64,000 nt of DNA, taken from assembly GCA_050331455.1 (NCBI GenBank), contig JBHJGV010000058.1, positions 7,324-71,323 of the forward strand, written 5' to 3'. The stretch's first letter is position 1. Each line of letters begins with the position of its first letter. Shown here piece after piece: positions 35,785-46,916 of the stretch. Made by a program: the position numbers and the translations under genes. Under the pieces are notes generated by a model that did not search any database, was not told the origin of the DNA, and worked only from the letters and a program-made list of their open reading frames with translations. The DNA is from Alphaproteobacteria bacterium. Its GTDB lineage: Bacteria; Pseudomonadota; Alphaproteobacteria; JAJFIK01.

Positions 35785-37062
35785 TCACGCGGCTTTTGCC
35801 CGGTCGAAGGCGTCGAGGAGGCCCTCATAATGGCCGAGCGGCGTCGTGTCGCCGACCGCGGCGAAAGCCGGTCGTCCGCTGCCCAGCACGCGGGCGGCAA
35901 AGCTCCGAATGGCATCGGCATCGACGGCGGCGACCCGCTCCACCAGTTCCGTCGGAGGGACAATCCGTCCCTCCTGGAGCAGATCGGTCGCGGCCGCATC
36001 GGCCCTGCCGCCGGGGGATTCCAGCGCCATGAGCACGCCGGAGCGGATTTGGGCGCGAGCCCGGTCGAGTTCCTCGGGGCGGACATTTTCCGCCAATTCG
36101 CGCATGTTCCGGGCCACGGAAGCTGCCACCTCCGGCAGGGCCTCGGGCGCCGTGCCCGTATAAACTGTCAAGGTCCCGGTATCGGTGTAGCTGCGCGCGC
36201 CGGCATGGACCGCGTAGGCGAGGCCCCGCTCCTCCCGAATATCCTGGAACAGGCGGGAGGACATGCCGCCACCCAGGATCTCTCCATAGGCCCAGGAGGC
36301 GTAATAGGCCGGGTCGCCCAAGGGGGCGCCTTCGAAGGCCAGGGTCAGATGCACCTGTTCCGTGTCCCCGGTCCCCCGCCGTTCCCCGCCGCGGAACTTT
36401 GCCGGTTCCGGCGCCGCCGGCGTGCCGCCGGGTGCCATATCGCCGAAGGCCGCTTCCGCCAAGGCGTGGAGCCGGTCCGGATCGACGGCGCCCGATGCAC
36501 TGATGACCAATTGGTCGGGTCGGTAGTGGCGGTCCTGGAAAGCGCGCAAATGATCGGTTGTGAAGGAACGCACACTGTCCAGCGTGCCGAGAATGGGTCG
36601 TCCGAAAGCCTGTTCCGGATAGGCCGCCTCCTGGAGCAGGTCGAAGACGAGATCGTCGGGGGTGTCATTGGCCCGGGCCAACTCCTGTAGGATGACGGTG
36701 CGCTCGCGCTCGAACTCCTCCGTGTCGAAGCGGGGCCTGCGGAGGATATCGGTCAGCAGATCGAGGCCCAGCGCCACATCATCCTTTAGCAGTCGGACGT
36801 GATAAGCGGTCTGGCTGCGGCCGGTATAGGCGTTGAAAAAGCCCCCGACGGCTTCGATGGTCTCGGCGATATCCCGGGCGCTGCGGGTGGCGGTGCCCTT
36901 GAAGGCCATGTGCTCAAGGAAATGGGCGATACCGTTCTCGGGTGCCGTCTCGTGACGCCCGCCGGCCCCGACCCACACCCCAAGGGCCACGCTTTCCACG
37001 CCGGCCATGGGATCGCAGGCCACACGCAGGCCATTGGACAATTCGGTGACGATCACGCCCAT
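35785..37062 (-). CDS. M16-family zinc peptidase (pitrilysin/processing-protease-like)
   Basis: Inverted zinc motif GIAHFLEHMAFKGT (HxxEH) and downstream E. Confidence 0.85.
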   Translation of the reverse strand: MGVIVTELSNGLRVACDPMAGVESVALGVWVGAGGRHETAPENGIAHFLEHMAFKGTATRSARDIAETIEAVGGFFNAYTGRSQTAYHVRLLKDDVALGLDLLTDILRRPRFDTEEFERERTVILQELARANDTPDDLVFDLLQEAAYPEQAFGRPILGTLDSVRSFTTDHLRAFQDRHYRPDQLVISASGAVDPDRLHALAEAAFGDMAPGGTPAAPEPAKFRGGERRGTGDTEQVHLTLAFEGAPLGDPAYYASWAYGEILGGGMSSRLFQDIREERGLAYAVHAGARSYTDTGTLTVYTGTAPEALPEVAASVARNMRELAENVRPEELDRARAQIRSGVLMALESPGGRADAAATDLLQEGRIVPPTELVERVAAVDADAIRSFAARVLGSGRPAFAAVGDTTPLGHYEGLLDAFDRAKAA

Positions 37063-37145
37063 GAAATCTCCTTCAATCTGAACGTCCTAAACCTCCGCGC
37101 CCGTCACGCGCAAGGCTCAAGCTTATCACTCCAAACCGGAGCCTG

Positions 37146-37631
37146 TCAGGGACGCGGATCGGTTGGCAGGGCCGGCGTGTCAGGGCGCGCGTCGGCCCCG
37201 AAGGGTGCGGGCGCCAGGGCGGACAGGATGAAGAATACGAAGCCCAGCACGAAGCACACGGGCTGGGCCGTCAGAGCGCGGCGGATCCCGGGCGCGTAGA
37301 CGGTCTCATTGATGTGCACGCTGGCCTCGGCCTCGTCCTCATCCAGGCTCTGCAACTCAAGGGTCGCGATGCGCCGAATGACCCAGGCGCCGGCAATGAT
37401 GGAGCCGATCCAGCAGGCCCAGGCGCTGACGATGAGCGCGAGCGCAACACCGGAGCGCGCATCGCCGGCCGTAAAAAAGGTCAAGGACAGGGCCAAGACC
37501 ACCGAAGCGAGATTGATGAAGATCCTGGGATATTCCAGGACCACGCCGAAGCCGGACACGGTCTTGGTCCCGGTGGCGATCGACGTCCCCGCGCTCACAG
37601 TTTCAGCCTTTCGCACAGGCGCCGCGCGCAA
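37146..37631 (-). CDS. Hypothetical membrane protein (3 predicted TM helices)
   Basis: Hydrophobic helices INLASVVLALSLTFF, VALALIVSAWACWIGSIIAGAWVI, VCFVLGFVFFILSALA. Start uncertain. Confidence 0.35.
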   Translation of the reverse strand: MRAAPVRKAETVSAGTSIATGTKTVSGFGVVLEYPRIFINLASVVLALSLTFFTAGDARSGVALALIVSAWACWIGSIIAGAWVIRRIATLELQSLDEDEAEASVHINETVYAPGIRRALTAQPVCFVLGFVFFILSALAPAPFGADARPDTPALPTDPRP

Positions 37632-37828
37632 ACATCGCCGAATGTATTGCGGATCTTGCGCACCACGGAAAACCGGAAGACGCGGTCATTGTCCGGCTTG
37701 AGAATGTCCTCGACCTCAGCCTCGGCCAGTTGGACCCGCAAGCCGAAATCCTTGGCGTCCTTGGCCGGGCACCCCTCGGTTCCAAGATATTTTTGCAGAT
37801 TCCGGATCTTCCAGTTCGCGCGCGTCAT
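37595..37828 (-). CDS. Hypothetical small basic protein (77 aa), possibly co-transcribed with the membrane protein downstream
   Basis: ORF only. Overlaps the downstream ORF's maximal extent by 37 nt. Confidence 0.25.
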   Translation of the reverse strand: MTRANWKIRNLQKYLGTEGCPAKDAKDFGLRVQLAEAEVEDILKPDNDRVFRFSVVRKIRNTFGDVCARRLCERLKL

Positions 37829-38018
37829 GGCGTCCTCCGCGGGCCGACCCCTGCGCCCATCCCCAACGGTTGCGTTTTAGCATCGGGATCGCACCGAATT
37901 ACGACAACAAAACGTGAACAGATGGGCATAACAGCGATGCGAAACCCCAGCAAACCTCAAGAGAAAACCTCAAGAGATGCCGGAATTTCGTATGACAGAA
38001 TCATACAGCGACGTTTGG

Positions 38019-38759
38019 TCACCGCCCACGCCAGCCAAGGCGTCCATGGGCGGCGTGGTAGGCGCCGTAGACGCCGATGAGGCACAGCGCGAAGCCGAAC
38101 CACGTGACCGCATAACCGAGATGGTTGTTGCGCGGCATGGTGACGGACGCTCCGCCCCGGGGCATGCCGCCGGGGGGTGTCGCGCTCTCCCGGGCGTCGA
38201 CAAAAAGGGGGAGGGCATCCGGCACATTGGCCCAGGCGGCCATGGCCGGCCAATCCCGCCAATACCACTGCGCCGCCGCCGGATCATTGTCCGGCGTAAA
38301 AGAGCCCTTGCGCCCGGGAGACCGGATCAGCCCGGTCAAGGTGACCCTGCCGGTGACCTGACCGGCAGCCCGGGTCGCGGGATCGCGGAAAGCCATCGGC
38401 ACAAAGCCGCGATTGACCAGAACCGGCGGCGCGCCATCCCTTTTGAGGGGCGTGATGATGAAGTAGCCGGGCTGACCGGCCCCCACATGTCCGAAAACCG
38501 GCATTTCCGCCCCGTGATCGAATGCGCCGCTGAGGGTCACCGGGCGGTATTCGAGGGAGGCGATGTCGCCGAGCCCGTCGCGTTCCAGAGTGTGCAGGGG
38601 AACGGCAGGCAGCGCCGGCCGGGCTTCCAGTTTTTCGATCAGATCGAGCTTCCAGATCCGCCGCTCCAGCTGCCACTGGCCCAAGGACAGCAAAAGCGCA
38701 AGGGCAAGCACCGAGAAAACCGTGAGCACGGGGTAGGGACGGAAAACAATAAAGGGCAT
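38019..38759 (-). CDS. surf1: SURF1-family cytochrome oxidase assembly protein. The track ORF extends to 38861.
   Basis: N-terminal TM, GQWQLERRIWKLDLIEKLEAR ... C-terminal TM LGYAVTWFGFALCLIGVYGAY: SURF1 topology and motifs. Confidence 0.8.
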   Translation of the reverse strand: MPFIVFRPYPVLTVFSVLALALLLSLGQWQLERRIWKLDLIEKLEARPALPAVPLHTLERDGLGDIASLEYRPVTLSGAFDHGAEMPVFGHVGAGQPGYFIITPLKRDGAPPVLVNRGFVPMAFRDPATRAAGQVTGRVTLTGLIRSPGRKGSFTPDNDPAAAQWYWRDWPAMAAWANVPDALPLFVDARESATPPGGMPRGGASVTMPRNNHLGYAVTWFGFALCLIGVYGAYHAAHGRLGWRGR

Positions 38760-38835
38760 GGGGTTCCCCGGTGCGCTGGCTGGACCTGACGCTGCGGCGC
38801 GACGGGCCTGCCCGGCCGACTCGGCTGAAAGCACG

Positions 38836-39213
38836 TCAGGAAAGGCGGCCTTCCGCAGCATCGCGGCGATACTGTTCGGAGATCAGCCAAGCCTTCAAAA
38901 GTCGGATCGTGACCACACTGAGCGCCGGCACGATTGGCAGCCAGATAACCGCCTGGACCCAATAGGGCGCACGAAACATAACTTCCACTGCGATCAGTCC
39001 GACAACCGCCACCGTGCCCACAATGAAAATGGCGAACGCGGCGGGCCCGTCACCCTGGTCGAACCGCTGGAAATCGAGATCGCACACGGTACAAGAGGGT
39101 GCGAGCCCGAGCCCAAAGGGTGTGGCGAACAATCCGCCTTCGCCGCAGCGGGGACATCGTCCCCGTAAACAGGCCCTGAGAGGCGACACCGGACGCGGAT
39201 TAAGCGGTGTCAC
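38836..39213 (-). CDS. DUF983-family zinc-ribbon membrane protein
   Basis: CPRCGEGGLF...CTVCDLDF zinc-ribbon plus two TM helices. Conserved position between ctaE and surf1 in alphaproteobacteria. Confidence 0.75.
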   Translation of the reverse strand: MTPLNPRPVSPLRACLRGRCPRCGEGGLFATPFGLGLAPSCTVCDLDFQRFDQGDGPAAFAIFIVGTVAVVGLIAVEVMFRAPYWVQAVIWLPIVPALSVVTIRLLKAWLISEQYRRDAAEGRLS

Positions 39214-39258
39214 GCATGCCTCCCCTATCCCGGGTCATCCCTTCACGGAAGGCCTGCG

Positions 39259-40083
39259 TCAGTGGGCGATGGTTCCCGCACCCCAGACATAAATCATCGC
39301 GAAGAGGAACAGCCATACCACATCGACGAAGTGCCAGTACCAGGCGGCCGCTTCAAAGCCGAAGATGTTGCCATCCTTGAAATGGCCCGCATAGCCGCGC
39401 ATCAGACAGACAACCAAAAACACCGTGCCGATAATCACATGGGCGCCGTGGAAGCCGGTCGCCATGAAGAAGGTGGCGCCGTAGATGTTGCCGGAGAACG
39501 AGAATGCTGCATGAGCGTATTCGTACGCCTGCACGCAGGTGAAGCAGAAGCCAAGAATGACCGTCAGCCACAGACCCTGGATATAGCCCTTCCGGTTACC
39601 GGTCTCGAGGGCATGGTGGGCCCAGGTGACGGTCGTCCCGGAGGTCAAAAGGATCAAGGTATTGATGAACGGCAGGTGCCAAGGGTCGAAGGTCTCAATG
39701 CCTTCCGGCGGCCACTGGGCAAATCCGTGATCCGTGGGGAACAGGGACGTGTTGAAATAGGCCCAGAACCACGCCACGAAAAACATCACTTCCGACGCTA
39801 TGAAGAGAACCATGGCATAGCGGTGATGGAGCTGAACCACTGGTGTGTGATGGCCACCCACCTCGTGTTCTTTGATCACGTCGCCCCACCAGCCGATCAT
39901 CACATAGACCACGCCGGCCGCACCGATCACGAACACCCACGGGGTCTGCGGCACGCCGAACAGGCCGTCCGGGCGCATCCACATCACCGCACCGATGGCC
40001 ATGATGAAGGCACTGATCGAAGCCACCAGGGGCCAAGGGCTGGGATCCACCAGGTGATAGTCGTGATTGGCTGAACCGGCCAT
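39259..40083 (-). CDS. ctaE: Cytochrome c oxidase subunit III. The track ORF extends to 40221.
   Basis: [25 protein letters not shown] ... seven TM helices, with the conserved E and H residues of COX3. Confidence 0.9.
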   Translation of the reverse strand: MAGSANHDYHLVDPSPWPLVASISAFIMAIGAVMWMRPDGLFGVPQTPWVFVIGAAGVVYVMIGWWGDVIKEHEVGGHHTPVVQLHHRYAMVLFIASEVMFFVAWFWAYFNTSLFPTDHGFAQWPPEGIETFDPWHLPFINTLILLTSGTTVTWAHHALETGNRKGYIQGLWLTVILGFCFTCVQAYEYAHAAFSFSGNIYGATFFMATGFHGAHVIIGTVFLVVCLMRGYAGHFKDGNIFGFEAAAWYWHFVDVVWLFLFAMIYVWGAGTIAH

Positions 40084-40280
40084 GATGTCTTTCTCTCCTC
40101 GCTGGGGCGCTGCCGGGCTGTCGGTGCCGCGCGATCCCCTCTCGACAATTCCTTTTTCTTTTACCACGGGATGTGCACCACCGCCCACCGCTTTGCAATG
40201 GGCTGCGGGGTCATGGGGCACACCTTTCGGCTAAGGTGCCGAAAATTCCCGCGCGTGCCGTGTTTCCGGCGCTTTCAGCC

Positions 40281-40847
40281 TCAATCCGCCGCAGGCCCGG
40301 ACCCGGTTTTCGGGAAAAACGTGTAAGAGAGCGTGATGGTTTTCACGTCGTCCTGAGTCGGGTCCTCATCGAGTGCGGGATCGACGAAATACGAGACGGC
40401 CATGCGCAGGGTCTGTCCGGGCTCCAGGGTCTGCTCTTCGAAACAAAAGCAGTCCACCTTGGCGAAATAGAGCCCGGCTTTCTGCGGCGTGACATTGTAG
40501 GTTGCTGTGCCCGTCACCGCTTTATCGCTGGTATTGGTCACCTCGTAAAAGGCGAGCATGTTTTCGCCGATCCGGCCCGTGCTGCTGGTCTGGAGCGGCT
40601 TGAAGGTCCAGGGCAGACCGCGGGCGGTGTTGGCATCGAACCGAACGGTCATGGTGCGCTTAAGCACGGCCTCGCTGGTGACGGCGGCCACCTGGGTCGT
40701 GCCGCCGAACCCGGTCACGCGGCAGAATGCGTCATAGAGCGGGACCGCCGCGTAGGCGACGCCGATCATGGCGCCGGCGGCAAAACCGCAGGCAAGCGCC
40801 AGACGGATGTTTTTTCGTCCCTGAGTCACCGGAGAGACATCCTCCAT
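40281..40847 (-). CDS. ctaG: Cytochrome c oxidase assembly protein CtaG/Cox11
   Basis: VPLYDAFCRVTGFGGTT ... FAKVDCFCFEEQTL copper-binding CFCF motif. Confidence 0.85.
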   Translation of the reverse strand: MEDVSPVTQGRKNIRLALACGFAAGAMIGVAYAAVPLYDAFCRVTGFGGTTQVAAVTSEAVLKRTMTVRFDANTARGLPWTFKPLQTSSTGRIGENMLAFYEVTNTSDKAVTGTATYNVTPQKAGLYFAKVDCFCFEEQTLEPGQTLRMAVSYFVDPALDEDPTQDDVKTITLSYTFFPKTGSGPAAD

Positions 40848-40877
40848 TCCATGGTCAAGGTGAGCCGTTCAGGCCGA

Positions 40878-41129
40878 TCAGAAAGGCCGGGCGACCGCAC
40901 CCGGGCCAAGCTTGACCAGGGTGACCGCGAACAGCAGGACCGCGAACCCGATCAAGGATACGGCAATCGCGACATTGCGGCCCCGACGGGCCTTCACGAA
41001 CGTATCCCGGTCGACGCCCGACGGTGCGTAGCGCGCAGCAATATCCATTTCCTGACGGGCCGCGCTGTCGGACAGGCTGGCCGTTTCCAGAACGTCGTTG
41101 TGACTTGTCATCCAGGCACTCCCTGTCAC
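40878..41129 (-). CDS. Small single-TM protein conserved between ctaB and ctaG
   Basis: C-terminal TM VAIAVSLIGFAVLLFAVTLV. Syntenic small ORF typical of alphaproteobacterial cta clusters. Confidence 0.4.
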   Translation of the reverse strand: MTGSAWMTSHNDVLETASLSDSAARQEMDIAARYAPSGVDRDTFVKARRGRNVAIAVSLIGFAVLLFAVTLVKLGPGAVARPF

Positions 41130-41216
41130 CGGTTACGGGCCCGCGCACGCTCCACAGCAGGATCCGGCGCGACGCCCGGTCATTCGCCCCAAGCGTAAGA
41201 CATTGGCGCGGTCCGA

Positions 41217-42229
41217 TCAGGGGGCAAGGCCCACCATCGGCTCAAAACCCAGAACCAGAAAAATGAGGAACAGATAAAGGATCGAGAACCGGAACAGCCG
41301 GCGGGCCACATGGTGGACCCGCGTCCGGGCGACCGCATCATCCCCACTGGTTCTGCCCAGCCACCACAACCATGCCGCAAGGGCTGTGAACCAGCCGCCG
41401 AGGATCACGCTGGCCACGGCATACAGGACACCGGCGAAGCCAAGGGCGACCGGCGCCACAGTGACCGCCCAGAGCGCAACGGCGTACAGCAAGATCTGAA
41501 GGCGCGTGTCCGCTTCTCCGGCGACGACGGGCATCATGGGCACGCCCGCTTTTTCGTAATCCCCGGCCCGATAAAGGGCCAACGCCCAGAAATGGGGCGG
41601 CGTCCACGTGAAAATGATCGCGAACAGGATGATCGGCTCGATCGCGATGCCGCCGGTCACGGCGGCCCAGCCGATCATGGGCGGGAACGCACCGGCAGCG
41701 CCGCCGATCACAATATTCTGCGGTGTGCGGCGCTTGAGCCATATGGTGTACACGAACAAATAGAACGCGATGGTCAGGGCCAGCAGGCCGGCAGCCGCCA
41801 GATTGACCAGCAATCCCATGGCCGCCACGGAGGCGAATGAAAGAAACGCGCCGAAGGCCAGGGCTTCGTCCTTGCTCACCCGACCAAGTGGAATGGGGCG
41901 CCGGCGGGTCCGACCCATGATCCGGTCAATATCGGCGTCATACCACATATTGAGGGCGCCCGAGGCCCCCGCGCCCACGGCCATACAGATCAGCGCGGCC
42001 GCGGCAATCACCGGATTGATCGAGCCGGGCGCCATCAGCAGCCCAACCAGCCCCGTGAAGATCACCAGGGACATCACCCGGGGCTTCAACAGCACCACAT
42101 AGTCACGCCAGGTCGCGAGGCTCACTGCACCGTCGAACGCCCGGTCCCGTTCGCGCCAGGCCGGATTGTCCCAGGCGGCGTCGTCAAAAGGCCCTTCGAT
42201 GGTGGACGCATTGCTCACGTGTTGCTCTC
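41217..42229 (-). CDS. ctaB: Protoheme IX farnesyltransferase (heme O synthase). The track ORF extends to 42551; the likely start is the GTG at 42229.
   Basis: [23 protein letters not shown] ... [19 protein letters not shown] (UbiA prenyltransferase motif). GGGAGAG RBS before the GTG. Confidence 0.85.
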
Positions 42230-42324
42230 CCAAACGAAACGATCGGTCCGCCTTCGGAAGACGGCTCCCCGGTCCGGGCGGGGCCCGGGCCGGGGCAGAA
42301 GATGTGATCCGTCCGACCGCATGA

Positions 42325-43971
42325 TCAGCGGATGCGGGGCAGCTCGCTGAACTGGTGGAACGGCGGCGGGGACGACAGGGTCCATTCCAGCGTGTTGGCA
42401 CCCTCGCCCCAGGGGTTCGCCTCGGCCTTCCGCTTCCGGATCGCCGCTTCAGCAATCCCGACCAGGAAGACCACCAGCCCGACCACCGTGATGTAGGATC
42501 CGTAGGATGAAATCTCGTTCCAGCCGGAATAGGCCTCCGGATAGTCCACATAGCGGCGCGGCATGCCGGCGAGGCCCAGGAAGTGGTGGGGGAAGAACAG
42601 GATGTTCACGCCCACAAAAGTGATCCAGAAATGCAGCTTGCCGAGGAATTCGTTGTACTGGATCCCGAACATCTTGCCGAACCAGTAGTACCAGCCTGCA
42701 AAGATCGCAAAGACGGCACCCATGGACAGGACATAGTGAAAGTGCGCCACGACATAATATGTGTCGTGCAAAGACTTATCGACCCCACCATTGGCGAGCA
42801 CCACACCGGTCACACCGCCGACCGTGAACAGGAAGATGAACCCGACCGCCCAAAGCATTGGCGTTTTGAAATCAATGGACCCGCCCCACATGGTGGCGAT
42901 CCACGAGAACACCTTGATGCCCGTCGGCACGGCGATGACCAGCGTCGCCATGGTGAAATAGGCCTGCATATTGACGTTGATGCCGGTCGTATACATATGG
43001 TGCGCCCACACGATGAAGCCGACAAAACCAATCGCGACCATGGCATAGGCCATGCCCAGATAGCCGAAAATCGGCTTACGGGAGAAGGTCGAAACGATGT
43101 GGCTGATCATGCCGAAACCCGGAAGGATGAGGATATACACCTCCGGATGGCCGAAGAACCAGAACAGGTGCTGGTACAGCAGCGGATCCCCGCCACCGGC
43201 CGGATCGAAGAAAGTGGTGCCGAAATTCCGGTCCGTCAGCAGCATGGTGATGGCGCCGGCAAGGACGGGCAGCGACAGCAGCAGCAGAAAGCCGGTGATC
43301 AGCAAGGACCACGCAAACAGCGGCATCTTGTGGAGCGTCATGCCCGGAGCGCGCATGTTGAAGATCGTCGTGATGAAGTTGATCGCACCGAGGATCGACG
43401 ACACGCCGGCAATGTGCAGGGACAGGATCAACAGATCCATGGCCGGTCCCGGCTGGCCCGAGGTGGACAAGGGCGCGTAGAGCACCCAGCCGCCGCCGAC
43501 ACCCACATCACCCGGCGGTCCGGGGACAAACATGGACAGCACCAGGAGCAAGAATGAGAACGGCAGCAGCCAAAATGAAATATTGTTCAGCCGGGGGACC
43601 GCCATGTCCGGCGCACCGATCATGATCGGCATGAAGTAATTGCCGAAGCCGCCGATCATCGCGGGCATCACCATGAAGAAGATCATGATCAGCCCGTGCA
43701 TGGTGATCAGCACGTTATAGAAGTGATAGGCGGAGTTCAGATTGCCGTCTTCGACAAACATGGTGAGGAACGTCACGCCCGGATCTTGGAGTTCGATCCG
43801 CATCAGGACCGACATGGCGGTGCCGATAATCCCGGCCGTGATGGCAAAGCCGAGATAGAGCAGCCCGATGTCTTTGTGGTTGGTTGAGAAGAGCCAGCGC
43901 CGAAGCCCTGTGGGGTGATCGTCGTGGGCATCATGGGTAGCAGCGGCTGAAGTCGCCATTGTCATCCTCAC
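42325..43971 (-). CDS. ctaD: Cytochrome c oxidase subunit I
   Basis: [35 protein letters not shown] ... HHMYTTG ... full set of COX1 helices and His ligands. Confidence 0.9.
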   Translation of the reverse strand: MRMTMATSAAATHDAHDDHPTGLRRWLFSTNHKDIGLLYLGFAITAGIIGTAMSVLMRIELQDPGVTFLTMFVEDGNLNSAYHFYNVLITMHGLIMIFFMVMPAMIGGFGNYFMPIMIGAPDMAVPRLNNISFWLLPFSFLLLVLSMFVPGPPGDVGVGGGWVLYAPLSTSGQPGPAMDLLILSLHIAGVSSILGAINFITTIFNMRAPGMTLHKMPLFAWSLLITGFLLLLSLPVLAGAITMLLTDRNFGTTFFDPAGGGDPLLYQHLFWFFGHPEVYILILPGFGMISHIVSTFSRKPIFGYLGMAYAMVAIGFVGFIVWAHHMYTTGINVNMQAYFTMATLVIAVPTGIKVFSWIATMWGGSIDFKTPMLWAVGFIFLFTVGGVTGVVLANGGVDKSLHDTYYVVAHFHYVLSMGAVFAIFAGWYYWFGKMFGIQYNEFLGKLHFWITFVGVNILFFPHHFLGLAGMPRRYVDYPEAYSGWNEISSYGSYITVVGLVVFLVGIAEAAIRKRKAEANPWGEGANTLEWTLSSPPPFHQFSELPRIR

Positions 43972-44037
43972 CTGGTTTTCACCACGGCGCGGCTGACCGC
44001 CGCGCCCATATCGGTTTCACGCTCTAAGTCGGCACCC

Positions 44038-44901
44038 TCAACGGGCCGCCGCCAATACGGTGTCGCCATCCACAGGCATGTCGCCTGCAGCAAGCGCCTT
44101 TTGCTCCCGCACCCATTTATCGAATTCGGCCTCGTTCACGGCGCGGATCGCAATGGGCATGAAGGCATGCCGCGGACCGCAAATCTCCGAACACTGACCG
44201 TAATACATGCCCGGCTCGTCAACACGGAACCAGGTCTCGTTCAAACGCCCGGGAACGGCATCCATCTTGATCCCGAATGACGGCATGGCGAAGTTATGCA
44301 GGACATCCGCCGCCGTGACGATCAACCGGACGGTCTTGCCGACGGGCACGACCACATCGTAGTCGACGGACAGGCGATAGACGTTCGGATCGCCGAAATA
44401 GTCCGTGGACGTCGTCGCTTCATCTTCCGGGATCATGTTTGAAAAGAACTCGTCCAGCTCCTGGTCGGGGTAGGTATAGCCCCAATACCACTGATAACCC
44501 GTGGCTTTGATGGTCATATCCACGTCAGGCATCTGATCCTGAAAATACATCAGCCGCCAGGACGGCAGGGCGATGGTCGCAAGGATCAGCACCGGGACCA
44601 AAGTCCAGACGATTTCGACGGTGGTGTTATGGGAGAAGGAGGACGCCTGTGCATTGGCGCGCCGGTTGTAGCGGACCACGACCCAGACCAAGAGGCCCAG
44701 CACGAACAGACTGATCGCCGTGATCACCCACAACAGATAGTTATGCAGGCCGTTGACCTGCTCCATGATCGGGGTGGCCGCCTTCTGAAAGCCCAGCTGC
44801 CAGGGCTCCGGCTGGCCCGCCATTGCCGCGGTCGTGCCAAGACCGAGCAGGATTGCGGCTGTCAAACCGGCAATCATTGGTTCCTTAAAGATCCGTGTCA
44901 T
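44038..44901 (-). CDS. ctaC: Cytochrome c oxidase subunit II. The track ORF extends to 44934.
   Basis: CuA-site motif VLHNFAMPSFGIKMDAVPGRLNETWF...GQCSEICGPRHAFMPIAI. N-terminal signal plus two TM helices. Confidence 0.9.
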   Translation of the reverse strand: MTRIFKEPMIAGLTAAILLGLGTTAAMAGQPEPWQLGFQKAATPIMEQVNGLHNYLLWVITAISLFVLGLLVWVVVRYNRRANAQASSFSHNTTVEIVWTLVPVLILATIALPSWRLMYFQDQMPDVDMTIKATGYQWYWGYTYPDQELDEFFSNMIPEDEATTSTDYFGDPNVYRLSVDYDVVVPVGKTVRLIVTAADVLHNFAMPSFGIKMDAVPGRLNETWFRVDEPGMYYGQCSEICGPRHAFMPIAIRAVNEAEFDKWVREQKALAAGDMPVDGDTVLAAAR

Positions 44902-45411
44902 CGAAACAATCCCGTGCGTAAGCCCAATGGCCATCCGACAATCCTGACTGTCGTTTGATTATGGATGTGTATCGTCAAGCGGGCCGGTTCTAGCCCATGT
45001 TACGCCGCGCCGCACAATCCCGCGGCACGGATCACTGTTCGCAAAGAGCGCGGGGACAACGAACGCCGACCCGTCTCCGCCTGATTCACCCTTCGATCGA
45101 AATAAGCCCGGAAAACGTGTATCCATTCTTGGCATCTCGACCCTGTCCCATGGGTCTGCAAGCTAGAACACCCGATGCTTCGGGTCCAGAGTCAGCATCG
45201 CCGCATTTTTCGTCGACAAGCACGGATTTTCCGGGGCTTTTTCCCATCGAAAGCGGCCCGGCACACGGCGCCCGTGCCGCACTGCAAAACCCTCGAAACC
45301 GGTGCGGGCTAAACCAATCTATGGGGATCTGACAGAATTGTTGCACTGATCCGCACATCGGAGAACGATGCGCGGGCCGATCCGCGATCCCGTTACGCCA
45401 GCGAGGCCCCC

Positions 45412-46839
45412 ATGACGACCATGACCGAAGACCTCTTTTTCACCCAGACCGGGCTCGATCGGGGGCGCGTTCAGACCGTCATCGACGACGTCCTGGCCGG
45501 CGGCGACGATGGCGAACTGTTTCTCGAATATGTCCAGTCGGAAACGCTGGTCTTCGACGACGGACGGCTGCGCACGGCCCGGTTCGACATCGACCAGGGC
45601 TTTGGCCTGCGCGCCGTCGCGGGCGAGGCCACCGGCTATGCCCACGGCGCCGAATTGAGCGAGGCCGCCATCGAGCGGGCGGCGCGATCCGTGGCCGCCG
45701 TGAAGACCGGACATACGGGCAGCTTGGCGGCCGGCCCCTCCAGCACGAACCAGGCCCTTTATCCCAGCGTCAACCCCCTCGAAGAACTGGCCTTCGAGGA
45801 CAAGATCGCCGTGCTGAAAGACATGGACGCCTATTTGCGGGCCAAAGACTCACGGGTGCGCCAGGTGACCTGTTCCATCAGCGGCGAATGGCAGGCCGTG
45901 GAGATCCTGCGCGCCGGCGGCGAGGTGATCCGGGACATTCGCCCCCTCGTGCGTGTCGATGTCTCGGTCGTGGCCGGTGACGGCGACCGTCAGGAGACCG
46001 GCCATTCGGGCGCCGGCGGCCGGCGCGGCTATGCGCTTTATCTGTCCCCGGACCATTGGCGGTCCCAGGCCGACGACGCGTTGCGCCAGGCCCTGGTCAA
46101 TCTGGAGTCCGTGCCGGCGCCGGCGGGTGAATTCGATGTGGTGCTGGGGCCGGGCTGGCCCGGCGTCCTTCTCCATGAGGCGGTCGGCCATGGCCTCGAA
46201 GGCGATTTCAACCGCAAAAAGACGAGCGCGTTCGCCGGCCTGATGGGCGAGCGAGTGGCCTCGCCCGGGGTCACGGTTGTGGACGACGGGACCCTGGACG
46301 GGCGCCGCGGATCCCTGTCGGTTGATGACGAGGGCACGCCGACGGGCCACACGGTGCTTATCGAGGACGGCATCCTGAAGGGTTTCATGCAGGACCGGAT
46401 GAATGCCCGGCTGATGGGCGTCGCGCCCACGGGCAACGGCCGCCGCGAATCCCACGCTCATATGCCTCTGCCGCGCATGACCAATACGTTCATGCTGGCC
46501 GGCGATACGCCCCAGGACGAGATCATCGCCTCGGTCAAGGACGGCATTTACGCCGTGTCCTTCGGCGGCGGCCAGGTGGACATCACCAGCGGCAAATTCG
46601 TCTTTGCCTGTACGGAGGCCTATCGAATCACCGACGGCAAAGTCGGCGCGCCTCTGAAAGGCGCCACATTGATCGGCAACGGTCCCGATGCCCTGACCCG
46701 GGTCCGCATGATCGGCGACCGGATGGAACTGGACCAGGGCGTCGGTGTCTGCGGCAAACAGGGCCAGGGCGTGCCCGTGGGCGTGGGACAGCCGGCCATG
46801 CTGATCGGGGGGCTGACGGTGGGCGGGACCGCGACCTGA
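45412..46839 (+). CDS. tldD: Metalloprotease TldD
   Basis: LLHEAVGHGLEGDFNRKKTSAFAG HExxxH-like motif and overall TldD colinearity. Confidence 0.9.
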   Translation: MTTMTEDLFFTQTGLDRGRVQTVIDDVLAGGDDGELFLEYVQSETLVFDDGRLRTARFDIDQGFGLRAVAGEATGYAHGAELSEAAIERAARSVAAVKTGHTGSLAAGPSSTNQALYPSVNPLEELAFEDKIAVLKDMDAYLRAKDSRVRQVTCSISGEWQAVEILRAGGEVIRDIRPLVRVDVSVVAGDGDRQETGHSGAGGRRGYALYLSPDHWRSQADDALRQALVNLESVPAPAGEFDVVLGPGWPGVLLHEAVGHGLEGDFNRKKTSAFAGLMGERVASPGVTVVDDGTLDGRRGSLSVDDEGTPTGHTVLIEDGILKGFMQDRMNARLMGVAPTGNGRRESHAHMPLPRMTNTFMLAGDTPQDEIIASVKDGIYAVSFGGGQVDITSGKFVFACTEAYRITDGKVGAPLKGATLIGNGPDALTRVRMIGDRMELDQGVGVCGKQGQGVPVGVGQPAMLIGGLTVGGTAT

Positions 46840-46916
46840 ACGGGACCGCGATCTGAAAGGGGCCGTGACCTGGCGGGGCCCCATAGCGTAACCGCGGGAT
46901 CAGGGCGGGACGGGAC

